A stretch of DNA of 64,000 nt from Octopus bimaculoides (lineage: Eukaryota), in NCBI RefSeq assembly GCF_001194135.2, contig NC_068997.1, positions 54,702,099 to 54,766,098 of the forward strand. Reading direction: 5' to 3'. Below are positions 13,228 through 25,740 of the stretch, piece by piece. The translations under genes and the position numbers were made by a program. Position 1 is the stretch's first letter. Every line of letters begins with the position of its first letter. The notes under the pieces were generated by a model. That model worked only from the letters and a program-made list of their open reading frames with translations. It searched no databases and was not told where the DNA came from.

Positions 13228-14139
13228 TAATTCCTATGTGAAAAATATGGAACTGACTGTCTTGTTTGTTTTGTCTTTGAAACAGTTCACCTGAATATGT
13301 TTCCTGACCACAGAGGTTAAGATAAACACAACTTCTGCTACTGAGCACCCCCACTAGGGTTGTCTTTTCATAAGTGTCAAGAGATAAAAATTATCATTTT
13401 CACTAAAGCTATATAACACTTTCTGGTGATGGGGCAAAGAAAAATACTTTTTTGTCTTTAATGGCATTCATTGCAGCCACTACCACCATTGTTGTTGTTG
13501 TCATCATTGTCATCGTTATCACCATCATCATCATCGTGGGCTGTGTTTTGATAGATTAATTTTAGATACTGTTTTACTGATTTGCAGCATATAGAAGTTA
13601 ATGATTTTCTTTACTTGTTGGCAATTTATTAAATAGACACAGCAACCAAGTAGCGTTAAATTTTTGACTACATCTAACATGGTCAGACTATGTTATTATA
13701 TTTTCTAAATTCAGTCATGCCTGACTGCTTGTATTAAAAATTGTCTGCCTCTGCGATAGCGCTCCAGCATCCCCACTTGATGCCTTATGAAGAATTGATG
13801 CTTTAACATCATCCATATATGATCACTGAAATGTCAGGGAGGGAAAGTGGATATCTTTTTATTGAGCAGCACAAGAATACATTTGATACTTTAATCAGAT
13901 GCTGATGATCTAGTCATGTTTCTGGTTCCTTGTTAGAATATTTTATATGTTTGTAAAACTAGAATTAGCGTTTAAAAATAAAAAGATGCTTCTTCTCCTG
14001 ATTTAAAACAGATGATATTCCATATATATTCCTTCCAGCTTTAAGATGGGAATTATTATGTTTAAAAGAAGATAACTTTTTAATCAGTGTTATAATCAGT
14101 AATAATAGTCCTTTCCACTATGGGCATAATGCCTGATAT

Positions 14140-14323
14140 TTTGTAGGAGGGGTGGAGTCATTGACATTGACCCCAGCGTTTGGCTGGTGCTTATTTCGTC
14201 AACCCTGAAAAAATGATGAAAGGCAAAGTTGACCCTAGCTGTATTAAACACAGACTGTGAAGATGGATGAAATGCCACTTAGCATTTTGCTCAATGTGCT
14301 AATAGTTCTGCCAGCTCATTGCC
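14140..14323 (-). mobile_element. SINE family D copy
   Basis: ttgaccccag..cttattt..aaccctgaaa..gatgaaaggcaaagttgacc..gaaatgccacttagcattttgc..tgctaatagttctgccagctca. Confidence 0.7.
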
Positions 14324-15164
14324 TTATAACCAGTAATAATAATATCTGTAAGGGACACTCTCAGATCATTTTCATTCCATTAGAATATTTTATTTTTATG
14401 GAATAAATGCTATTTCACAACTTGGATATATATTGGTCCGCACTTAGTATAACATTATCAGATTATTTAACATAGCAAATTTGTCAGAATATGTGTATCA
14501 AAGGCCAATAATCCTTGAGTTCAACTAAGTCAACCGAAATATTGGTTATTCACAAAATCAGGTGAAAACCATTTCCACCAGTAATGCTACAGTCTTTTGA
14601 AATAAGTATCCATTGCAATTCATGAGAGCTTTCTAAACTGAGAGTAAATGAAGGAGATAAATATTTATGACCAAACTCTTGAGGTTTTATTTTGCTTCTG
14701 AGAAGATGCAAAAGAATCTATTGATAATAATGTGGAAACAATGTTTGAAGTACTATCATAGCCATTGTGAACCAAAGTAAGCATTTTCTGAAACAATCTA
14801 TAGATTATTCTTCTACATACATTACACACACACACACACACACATACACACGACATCAATGTTTATTGAAGTTTTCATAAGTGAAGTTAAATCAGAAATG
14901 AGAATTCCATGTTGTTTTTTCTCTGATCAAAACTTTCCACTGTCAAGAATAAAAGCATTTTATGTATGGTGTAAAAATGGAAATCATTAGCTATGGTGAT
15001 ATGAAAGTATCATCATAGTTATACAACTACGAGTGAAAAATAAGAATCAGGGACAGTACAAATACTGCTGTTGAAGCCTCAACAAACTAAATATAGCCAC
15101 ACCTAAAAATTTAGCCATTGAGTCAAAAACAACTAAACTGTGAAAAAATCTCAAGTTGATGATT

Positions 15165-15430
15165 TATATCTGTATTCACATGCTTTTTCGAAACTCTGAG
15201 GAGGGTATTTACATGAAGAATCAAACAACAGGGAATGCTTTTAATTTGACTAGACTGAAATTCAAAACGAAGGTTTTTACTTCACTCATTAGGGAACTCA
15301 TATACACTGACAATTGCGATCTTGTCAGTCATTCTAAAACAGATCTGCAATCTCATGTAGCTGCATTTGACTCAGCTTTTGATGATTTTGGCTTGACCAT
15401 CAACTTGAAAAAAAAAACAGTTGTATCAAC
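15165..15430 (+). mobile_element. RTE-clade (BovB/RTE-1-like) LINE reverse transcriptase fragment, inactive
   Basis: ORF 15156..15461 encodes GIYMKNQTTGNAFNLTRLKFKTKVFTSLIRELIYTDNCDLVSHSKTDLQSHVAAFDSAFDDFGLTINLKK, which matches the RTE pattern G.LFNL.RL.AKTKV...IRELLFADD.AL..HS...LQ...F...FGLTIS.KKT. The catalytic YADD is decayed to YTDN. Confidence 0.85.
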
Positions 15431-15493
15431 CTACATGTGTTGCTGTTTGCAACCCCCATAAAATTTTTGTTATATCATATATATGTATATATA

Positions 15494-15667
15494 TCATCAT
15501 CAACGTTTAACGTCTGCTTTCCATGCTAGCATGGGTTGGAGGATTTGACTGAGGACTAGTGAACCAGTTGGCTACAACCAGGCTCCAATCTGATTTGGCA
15601 GAGTTTCTACAGCTGGATGCCCTTCCTAACGCCAATCACTCTGAGAGTGTAGTGGGTGCTTTTACGT
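15494..15667 (+). mobile_element. Octopus interspersed repeat 'family A' copy (CATCATC-GTTTAACGTC...CAGCTGGATGCCCTTCCTAACGCC)
   Basis: Near-identical to 34608-34901 and to the reverse complements at 21085-21167 and 56245-56345. Confidence 0.85.
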
Positions 15668-16340
15668 ATATATGTATGTATGTATATATATATGTATGTA
15701 TGTATATATATGTATGTATGTATATGTATATATGTGTATGTATGTATATGTATATATATATATGTATGTATATGTATATATATATATGTATGTGTGTATA
15801 TGTATATATATATGTTTGTGTGTGTGTGTGCNNNNNNNNNNNNNNNNNNNNNNNNNNNNNNNNNNNNNNNNNNNNNNNNNNNNNNNNNNNNNNNNNNNNN
15901 NNNNNNNNNNNNNNNNNNNNNNNNNNNNNNNNNNNNNNNNNNNNNNNNNNNNNNNNNNNNNNNNNNNNNNNNNNNNNNNNNNNNNNNNNNNNNNNNNNNN
16001 NNNNNNNNNNNNNNNNNNNNNNNNNNNNNNNNNNNNNNNNNNNNNNNNNNNNNNNNNNNNNNNNNNNNNNNNNNNNNNNNNNNNNNNNNNNNNNNNNNNN
16101 NNNNNNNNNNNNNNNNNNNNNNNNNNNNNNNNNNNNNNNNNNNNNNNNNNNNNNNNNNNNNNNNNNNNNNNNNNNNNNNNNNNNNNNNNNNNNNNNNNNN
16201 NNNNNNNNNNNNNNNNTTTGTGTGTATGTATTTATATTTATTTGTGTGTATGTATTTATATGTATTTGTGTGTTTGTATTTATATGTATTAGTGTGTATG
16301 TATTTATGTGTGTTTGTGTGTATGTATTTATGTGTGTGTG
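15668..16340. repeat. TA/TG-rich satellite flanking an assembly gap (N 15832-16216), with a 20-bp TTTGTGTGTATGTATTTATA unit on the right side
   Basis: Directly visible. Confidence 0.9.
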
Positions 16341-17087
16341 GTGGGTTAATGTACTTATGTGTGTCAGGTACTGTTTAATGATTGCTATTACTAGATGGGG
16401 GGGGGGCACAATTTACTTTCATTATTGCTGAAACGGTTTATATTGTTTTGTTTAATTTATACTAAATTCACTTGAGAGGAGCCAGTAGAATAACTCGGGA
16501 AAATCCAATTTCATTTATTTACATGGTTTTCTCAACAAAGAACAAATACTAAGATTTCAGCAATAATAAAATATAAAAGAAAAAAAAATATTAAGTCAAT
16601 TTATGTTGCAGCAAAAAAAAAAGTTAATTTAGCTTGTAGTTTCTGAATGCATGATTGAGGCTTTTACATATTTTATCTGGAATGGTTTAAATGGTGCAAA
16701 GAACCAATTTTTAGTTTGTTTCTTTTTGAACTAGAATTGTATGAGATAATGGATGGTGAGATGTAGAATGTAGGGAAAAAAAGATCTGGCAAAAATGACA
16801 AGTATTGTGTTCCTCACGAATCGCATACAGTTTCTCAATCAGAAGATGTAAAATTATGCTTTCTTTTATTTTGCTTCTGTCAACTTTAACTTGAAAGAAG
16901 ACTCTGTCTGAAACAGTTGATAGTCTACTCTTCATGGCAATTCCACTGTACTATTTCTTTTGCTTTTATGAAATATAGAAGTCTCTAATTTTATTATAAA
17001 AAAACAAAAAAGAAAAAGGATAATAAATAATCAAGCAAGCATAGCAATTGAATGTATATGATTAAATCCTAGATATAGTTTCAGTGT

Positions 17088-17476
17088 AGTGGAGGTGCAA
17101 TGGCCCAGTGGTTAGGGCAGCGGACTCGTGGTCATAGGATCGTGGTTTCGATTCCCAGACCGGGCGTTGTGAGTGTTTATTGAGAGAAAACACCTAAAGC
17201 TCCACGAGGCTCCAGCAGGCGATGGTGGCGAACCCTGCTGTACTCTTTCACCACATCTTTCTCTCACTTTTACTTCCTGTTTCTATTGTGCCTGTAATTC
17301 AAAGGGTCAGCCTTGTCACACTGTGTCACGCTGAATATCCCCAAGAACTACATTAAGAGTACACGTGTCTGTGGAGTGCTGTGCCACTTGCACGTTAATT
17401 TCACGAGCAGGCTGTTCTGTTGATTGGATCAACTGGAACCTTCAACGTCGTAAGCGACGGAGTGCCAACAACAACA
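17088..17476 (+). mobile_element. Full-length tRNA-derived SINE (about 389 bp) with (CAA)n tail and 11-bp target-site duplication
   Basis: Pol III A box TGGCCCAGTGG (17101-17111), B-box-like GGTTTCGATTCCC (17144-17156), tail CCAACAACAACAA, identical flanks AGTTTCAGTGT at 17077-17087 and 17477-17487. Confidence 0.88.
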
Positions 17477-17871
17477 AGTTTCAGTGTTGAGGCTGAGTTA
17501 TTGGTAAACAGGAAATTATCAGCACCAAAGCTAAGAGAGTTTATTGGATGGGATAATTTCTATTGCAATGACTTGTGTATTCATTTTTAATACATTGTGG
17601 CAGATTTGAATATGAATATGCTAATTGCTGTTGTATCTGCTAGAATGTATTAAGAATAATTATGCAAATCCTTTCTTTGATTCATGCTGCTCACTGAGGA
17701 TACGACAATTTAATAATGTTTATTATTTTGTTAAAATGGGAAGATTCTATTTAAAAAATATAAGGGATAATTAGAACTTTTAGTTCAATAAAAGATTATG
17801 AATTTTTATTGCTTTTTTATAAATTATTGCAAAATGCACCCAAGAATTCATATTCAGACTATTTTACTTAC

Positions 17872-18066
17872 TAGTTAACTCACGAATTCTGATTGTATAG
17901 CCATTGCAACCGTTAATACATGGGCCAAACTTAGTCCATTCAGTTAGGAAGCAGTTTTCATCACAAGGTACAAAACATTGTTCTGCTACATTCGGCATGG
18001 GCCCGACTCGTTCCAAACAGACATCAGGGGGGTAACTACTGTTACGCTGATCTTTGCAAGTAACAT
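17872..18066 (-). CDS. THSD7A: THSD7-like exon G (195 bp, phase 1-1): (N)VTCKDQRNSSYPPDVCLERVGPMPNVAEQCFVPCDENCFLTEWTKFGPCINGCNGYTIRIRELT
   Basis: Acceptor ttttcAG|ATGTT, donor ACTA|GTaagt; inside ORF 17864..18160. Confidence 0.92.
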
Positions 18067-19029
18067 CTGAAAATACAAAATTGCAAAATATAAAATCTAA
18101 AACTAGTGTTACACTGATCTTTGGTAATAATATCTGAAAACATTTATTTCTGCAATTCATATAATTATGGAAATTCTTTGGTACACAGGTGTGTCTTGCA
18201 GCATAGTTTTGGTATCTGGAAATTGAAAATTAAGGAACATGGGAATTTGTTCTGTCATTGCTGTGGTTTCTTTTGTTAATTTATGAAAATATAAAAGTTT
18301 GTCTTATAATGTAATTTTATTCTTGTATTAATTCCTCTGGATAGTTGTTGTTTAAAGAGATAAAAGTGCTGTGAACTATGAAGAGAAACAGAAACCAGAC
18401 TAAAAATCTTTGTGATACAAAAGGATACAATGGCATAAAAATACTTTTAAAAATCAAGGGTCAGCAACTGGTAAGGCATCTGACCATAGAAACTGTCTCA
18501 ATAAGTCTCATCTGATCCATGACAGCATGGAAAAATAAACATGTAGAAACAATAACATCGATGATGATGATGTCATCAAACTTTTGCTTAAATAATGCAG
18601 AAGCAAATACATTGTAGGAATCAATCTAATGTTTAAAGATTTGCATAAATTATGTGCATATGTGAAGAATTTAGTCAATAAAAATTTAACCATTTCAGTG
18701 GGTAGTAAACTTCTTGTCATGCAAAGACAAAATACATGTTGAAGTGAACTTTCAGTGCACTAATAATTTAATGAATACACAATTATACACTTGATAATCA
18801 CATTAGCACCTTAGTAACATAAGAAGGATGTTGCATGTTCTGAAATAACACAGATAATGTAATTGCCAAATATCAGGCTATTTTAAAGTTTTGTTTGTCT
18901 TTTATGTTTAAAAGTTTAAAATGCTTTTTTCTATTATTACTGAAGATAAATGTCAGGGTATAATTATACCAACAACTATGTATTTAAATTTATTATTATT
19001 GTATTCTTCTTCTTCTTATTATTATTATT

Positions 19030-19258
19030 GTGAGCTGGCAGAACCGTTAGTGGTATTTCATCTGCAGTACATTCTGAGTTCAAATTCCGCTGAGGCTGTA
19101 TTTAAGGCTGTAAGCCTGCAGTATTGTTTGTATGTAGAGCAAAATGCTTAGTGGCATTTTGTCTCTGCTGAAGTTGGTTTTGTTTTTCATTCTTTGTGGA
19201 GTTGATAAATTAAGTACCAATTGAATGTCAGGGTCGATATAATCGATTAAACCCTTCC
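19030..19258 (+). mobile_element. SINE family D copy with internal rearrangement
   Basis: gtgagctggcagaaccgttag..cattctgagttcaaattccgctgagg, then a second aaaatgcttagtggcattt block, ending gataaattaagtacca..gggtcgatataatcga. Confidence 0.7.
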
Positions 19259-19534
19259 ACCAACATTTCAGTCCTTGAACCTGCAGAGGAAAAGATTATC
19301 ATTATGTTAATTTTTCCATTACATTCTTAAGAGTTGCAATGGAGTATTAGTTACAGAACCATCAGAACTGAGATGTAGAAGAAAATTAGATTCCATGAAG
19401 CTGATAGAGATCGTTTTTTGAATAAGAGAATAGAAGGACTGGTTATAGTTTGGAAAGTGGTAGTGCTTGCAGGCTGTACAATACAAGGAAACGTCTTCTG
19501 TTGTCTTCTGTATGTATGCATGTATACACACACT

Positions 19535-19650
19535 GCTTCCACACAGTTTCCTTCTACCAAATTCACTCACAAGGCATTGGTTGGCTTGGGGCTATAGTAG
19601 AAGACTCTTGTCCAAGATTCTGTGCTATAGAAGAGTGGTTATCTAATGTT
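19535..19650 (-). mobile_element. SINE family B fragment
   Basis: cagtttccttctaccaaattcactcacaaggcattggttggcttggggctatagtagaagactcttgtccaag. Confidence 0.65.
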
Positions 19651-20624
19651 TTTTTTTTTCTTGGGCACTATGCAGTGTCCTATAAATTCATTAACAGTTA
19701 AAAGAAAAAAAGACAATTTCTCAAAAGAAAGCTGATTTATGTCAAATACATACAACAAATATGTATACAGTTTTCTTTAGCTTATTGCAGTTTTAATGAA
19801 CATAGGCTTAATCAGCACGATTGAATTGATGGTAACCAGTCATAGTATAAAATTTAATTACTACACTTTGAAAATGACATGTAAACAGCTGCAAATAATT
19901 AGCTGAGCTGATATCATTTCACTTTTGTTACTGCATTTCAGTCTCTCACTAGTCCCCAGAGCAAATGGACATGTTACTCATTTATTGTCCAATTTTCTAT
20001 GTACCTCTGAAATCAAAATACTGTGCCTCCCCTTCGATAAACACATCTACAAGAAAACAACATTCCGTTGTAGAACGAAATGCAAAAAGAAGAATATGTA
20101 AAACAAAGCTAAGATCTGAAGAAAGTGATGTTTTAATTAATCTTTGAAACTATTTATGTCAAAGTCAATAAGTATTTGGATTAAGATAAAGTAGTATCCA
20201 GAGTATTAAGTATGCAATGTGCTAAGGGAACTATAGTAATTGTACTAATAGTGGAAGTGGAACATAGGTAGAGAAATTGTAATTAGAAGCAAATATCAAT
20301 TGGCACTAAAAATCTTAGTTCTGACAGAAGGAAATAAAATATCAAGAGATGTCTGTAATATCGAAAATGAGGTTGGTTGTAAAATTCCAAAGCTCTAACA
20401 GAAATGAAAACCATAAAAAACAAAACAAATTTTATGAGTGTAGATGTTGATAATTCTGATGCTAAATATTAAGAGGAATTCAAGAATACAAAGAAACAAA
20501 TAACATGATGGTTATCAAATCATAAGTACTAACAATAACAGCTTTTTCTGGAAGAAAATTCCATCCAGAACATTTTTAGTAAAAGTGAAGAATTGTAACT
20601 TAGTCGCAAAGCATCAAATAATTG

Positions 20625-21000
20625 CTTAACCCTTTCAATTAGGGGCATCATTACAATTAACTTATTTATTGCATATGAGTCTGAGATTTTACTATATTTT
20701 TGTTGAAATGTAATATCTTTGTCATATTTTGATTTTGAAAATATTGAAGAATTTAGTGAAATAACTTTGTTACTGTACTGGTGTTTGGAACACAACGTGA
20801 AATTTTGATGAAAGTTTTAAATTTCGATCACTTTAAATCAAGAAGCATAACATTGTTGAACCAAAGTTGGTACCTGGGAGGTTGGTATCAAAAAGGAGAG
20901 TCCTATGTCACTTCTTCTATGCAGCTAATCCTGTTAGAAACTAAATGTTTTATGAAAAGGGACGCAACTCACTGATAAGCTAGTGATGGTCATTGGTGTA
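20625..21000 (+). mobile_element. Probable TTAA/CCCTTT-terminated non-autonomous DNA element
   Basis: Starts ttaaccctttc; internal gaagaatttagtgaaataactttg..tggtgtttggaac..aaattttgatgaaag resembles a common octopus repeat; right end not defined. Confidence 0.4.
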
Positions 21001-21084
21001 CATTGTGAATGCAATTTTCATTTCTGTTATGTTATGCCCTTTCACCAGTCAATGTAGACTGAATACACGTAAGTGTTTTCATGT

Positions 21085-21167
21085 ACAGCCTTCTGGCTGG
21101 CCACTCCTCAGTCAAACCGTCCAACCCATGCCGGCAGGGAAAGCAGATGTTAAACAATGATGATGAT
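21085..21167 (-). mobile_element. Family A repeat fragment
   Basis: Reverse complement of the family A terminal region (ctcagtcaaaccgtccaacccatg..gaaagcagatgttaaacaatgatgatg). Confidence 0.75.
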
Positions 21168-21719
21168 ATCAATTCCTCAACATTGAATTTCTATTTCAGA
21201 GCTGAATTTGTGGCTCCAGTTAGTCTCTGTAACTTGAAAGCTACACAATTACCATCAGAAAAAAGCATTCTGAGATACTTCATCATCTTCTCCATTGACG
21301 TAATGAAGGTGATGTTACCTTGTTGGAATGCATAACTAGTGGCTCTCATTGCATATCCTGACAGAAATTTCTTCAGGGAAAAGTTGAAGAAAATACTCAA
21401 TGGTCTTTGTTTCTAAATTCAAAGGCTTTGTTGAGTCTGTACCACTAGCAGAACCACTGGTGCAATGATCATCTATGTAGTAAATTCCACTCCTACTCAA
21501 AATCGATAGATCCCAATGTCATTTAAATTGTTGGTGTGTACAGATGATACAGGCACATATTCTAATTATTTTCAAGTCCAAGCTCTTTCTAATCAAAACA
21601 TTAATAAATAAATAAATATATCACAAATAAATACCTCCACTTGAGGTACTGGCTGCCATGATGTTTGAAAATAAAGTAAAAAATATCCAAAGAAATTTCC
21701 TTGATAAAATGCAAAAATA

Positions 21720-22500
21720 TTGACGCACAAGGTGCAAGCATGGAGTTTTTCGCCAGAAAGATCTTTCTAAACTTTCCTCCCTCTACAGAAGAATGGTTAC
21801 TTTCTGTTGTTTGGCGTCAAACTATTGTTGTGGTTGTGTGCAGTTCATGACTTAGTGACACTTGTTAGAAATCACTTTCAGTCATTTGGCAATCAAATAA
21901 AAATGTACGCCTGAATAAAGCCTTGTTTCAATATTAGTTCACATTAGATTTTTGGCGTGAAGTTAAAATTTATTGCAAGAAAAATTATCTAGCTTTCAAA
22001 GTTCCTTTGATTCTTAATAAAATCCCTGGTTATCCTAACTCACTTTTTGGCTAATGTGCATATTACATTTTAAACCAAATATAATTCTGCTACTGCAGTT
22101 ATGCAACAGGGAACATACAAGACCTGCTATATTTGAAATGCATTCTCACTGACAATTCATGTCACAGCTGGTTAAGATGATGTTATTTTTCAAGAGTTTC
22201 AGAAAAAACATTAAACAAACAATTGAAAATATTTACAAGTCTTGGAAAGAAGTAATAGCCAAATGTATGGGAACAGTCTAGTTGAATGTTTTGCCTGAAT
22301 GAGCTTATCATTTACGATTGTTTTCAAAATTGTAAATATACTTTCAAAAGAAGTAAATGAAATCATTGAAGAAATTGATGATATTGGAAGAAGAAACCTT
22401 AGGTATAAGGGTATTGATTTAGAAAATTTTCATTAACCATTGATTTCACATTGAAATGACTTAAATGAGGATGATTTTGAAAATTAACATCAGCAGACAT
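21720..22500 (+). mobile_element. Tigger/pogo (DDE_1) transposase fossil
   Basis: Fragments VIWQSNKNVRLNKALFQY*FTLDFWREVKIYCKKNYLAFKVPLILNKIPGYP, LLQL..QG and NIKQTIENIYKSWKEVIAKCMGTV*LNVLPE match the Tigger patterns W.SNKKAW....F..WF...F.PEV..Y....L.FK.LL.LDNAPGHP, LLQPMDQG and AI.NI..SW.EV. Confidence 0.78.
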
Positions 22501-24123
22501 TTTGAGGACAAGAACTGAGGGAAAATGGAAAGTGAAAGGAGTTGAATTTTTTTTCTCAAATACAAAGTTAAACAATGATTCATGAATATGATACAAAATC
22601 TACTTGTTCATTGCAGTTTAAATTTAGTTTTTATTACTTCAGTCTAAAGAAAGGGATAATGCCTAGGGACTTCAAAGACCCTTCAAGACTGGTGAGATTG
22701 ATATTCATGTGCCACTCAAACTGTTACATGTTGACAATTGCAAGAGAGACACATTCAGAGAAAGTGTTAGAGAAGGTTGATGTTCACAGAATAGACTGGA
22801 CTCAGTGGTTAGTGCAGGGTTAAGAGTGGGCACCAAAGTGATGCTAGAAGAGTGACTAATGAATTAAGAGTGATGCAGCATGGGATTAGCCAACTACAAG
22901 AAGCAGATGTCATTGTAATGGAGGCAGAGTTAATTGTAAGATGAGACATCGAGAGACTGGATCATGTCTGTAAGTGATTTCATACCAGTCAGTTGAGTGA
23001 CCTTTCTCTGATTATAGTCTAGGATGTTTATCTTTGTAAAGTTGCAACACTGTCCCTGATATGGAGGCATTATTTTCATTGTTTGTTGCAATCTTTGTAG
23101 AAATATGAGGAGTCACGGTGGGAATGAAGTATTCTCTAGCTCTGGAAAGATTAGCCATTCTCTGAGAAATGGCCAAATGACTTGTTACCACAAAATTTAA
23201 GCAGAGAAGGAAAACTAAAACTGTTCTCTAGGCTCTTGATAAATTTTTCACTTAAAAATAAATGATATACATTCATTTTAAATTATTTTATTTCCCAGAA
23301 TTGATTATAATTATTCCCATTAATTACTAAATTTGATTAATGCAGAAACAGCAGATAGATGATTGATTAATCACATTATACATAGGACTGCTATATACAG
23401 AACAGGGTGCAATATGCATAAATGTCAAGATTAAAGAAGAATTGTACTCTTAAAACTTGATATTACAACTTCTACTGTAAAGTTCAATATAACATTGAAT
23501 ATGTAATGCAGCTGTATCAACAATAGCGTAAACAAAAATGAGATATTTAAGAGTTACCTCCTTCCTACTAATATATAAATTAAAGAAGGCTATAGATATG
23601 ATATGATATAAACTAGAGAAGATAATTATCAGTTTCAGAAAGTGTTTTAAAATGAAAAAGTGAAATTATCTTTTGGGTATGTGGAAAGAAAGGTTTGCTC
23701 TAAATCTTTCTGGTTGGGGAAATGAAAGAGAAAACCACTTACAAAATCTGTATCAAGCTATATTTCACTTTTTCTTTTCAATATTTCACATGATTAGGTT
23801 GTGAACTATATTTACAGAGTAAAGTGAAACAGAAAAATGTGTTGTAATTGCTTAAAACATTATAACGACTGCAAATAACGAGAGACTTTCTCACTGACAA
23901 TAATTGCTGTAATTGTGTTATTTGCATCTGGGACTAATACTCAAACTGAAGTGTCATCTCTAATTCTGCCAGAACAGATAGTCACTGATTCTTTTTTAAT
24001 AAATAATGCCAGGAGGTCAGAACACTTAACAGTCTGTTGCTTGGTAAAGTATATTAGCACCTAAAGTTCTTTACCTTAATATCACTAATGAAATTGAAGA
24101 GTAATCATATATANNNNNNNNNN

Positions 24124-24166
<43 letters not shown>

Positions 24167-25599
24167 AAGGAAGAGGGAAAAACAGTAACGTTACCTTTAG
24201 GCTCTAAGTATTGTTTCTGTAATTACAGCAACGAAACAAGATTCAGTGAAGCATATAAAGACTACTAAGACATACAAGATACAGCTAGTTACTGATAAAC
24301 TAACCGTGGGCTTTGGTTGGGTCAAAAACAGAGATGTATTAAGATGCCTGCCATTCAAGCAAACCTCACAGTGTCATAAAATGAATGTGAAAACAATTAG
24401 AGATTAGCTGCCTGTGTTATAAGCACCGGAATGTATATCAAAGTGCAGTTTTATATCTTTCAATGTTTTGAATGACAGCCTTTCTGAAGGGAAATAACAG
24501 TTGTTGAGAAATAATGAGAGGAATAATATTTTACGAGAACCTTAGCAACAGCTGACTGTCAAAAGGAATGACAAATAAAAGAATGATAAGGGCTTAATTT
24601 GAGACTCACTGCTGACATCCATTAGAGACGATTCTTAATATTCTTTGATCAAAGACTCTTTTATAGTGTATTTCATAATTCACTGAATATAAGAGAATTC
24701 TTTGATCTTTGTTCCATCAATCAGAATGAAATGTTGGTCAAGCAATATGCAGTATTCAATGAGTTTAATTATAACAAAGTATTCAGGGACTGAAATTATT
24801 CTTTCTACTTTCGAATGTATGTCAACATCATTTAAATCTTATTCTCAGGACACAGGAATATTGATGATATTTATAAATAAAACTGAATTCTTTCATTCAA
24901 CTCAAAGCAGTTTGCAAACTAAAGTAATATCTTCCAATACGGTCCACATGGAAATAAGTTCTGGTTATATAACACTGTATCTTTAGTTCTGTGATGGCAG
25001 GGGTGGTTATGAAGATTGCTTTGCAACTGTGTAGTTCAAGTTTCAGTTTCACTTCATAGAAACTTGGGTAAGTGTCTTCTATTGTAGCCACAAATAAGCA
25101 CCTTGTGGGGAATATGTTCTACTGTAACTTGAGATCACTTTGAGTAAATGTTTTCTATTGTTGTCTCAGGTATTTTCCATCATAACCTCAGATCAGTATG
25201 TTGACTACCTTGTATTGTAGTCTCAGGTCAGCCCCTTGGGCAAATGTCTTTTTTTTTTTTTACTCCTGGTCTAATAAAGCCTAAAGTTTATATTGAAACC
25301 TTCTAATTTCTAAAACTATGCATTTATCAACTATGTTAATAGTTCTATAGAATCAGTGCAGAAAGAACAAAGGAAAAGGAATAATGAATTTAGGTGAGCA
25401 AACAGAAGGAAGCCTAACCATCATTTGAGTATATGTATGACCTGAGAGCTTGCACCATGCTTCCACTAATTCTTTTTGGTGCCTGGATAGTTGGGGACAG
25501 ACATAGGCACCCAATAATCTCAAGGTGCTCCCTCACATAACTTGTCAGAACACTCTTGATGTTACTTCTGGAGGAAGAGAGGATTGCACTAGTATTCAA

Positions 25600-25740
25600 C
25601 TGGCCCTTTTTTCATGTGTGTAGACTGAAGCAACATGAAATGTTCTTTACCCAAGGATACAATGCTTCTGTCTAGGAATGGAACTCGTGACCTTAAGGTC
25701 ACGAGCTCAACAACTTAACCACAAAGCCACATACTTTCAC
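25600..25740 (-). mobile_element. SINE family C head, degraded
   Basis: agcaacatgaaatgttctttacccaagg..ggaatggaactcgtgacc..ttaaccacaaagccac; homologous to 33050-33180. Confidence 0.6.

Noticed and set aside
17095-17170. tRNA-like sequence
   Set aside because: It is the head of a SINE with a body, tail and TSD; there is no acceptor-stem closure
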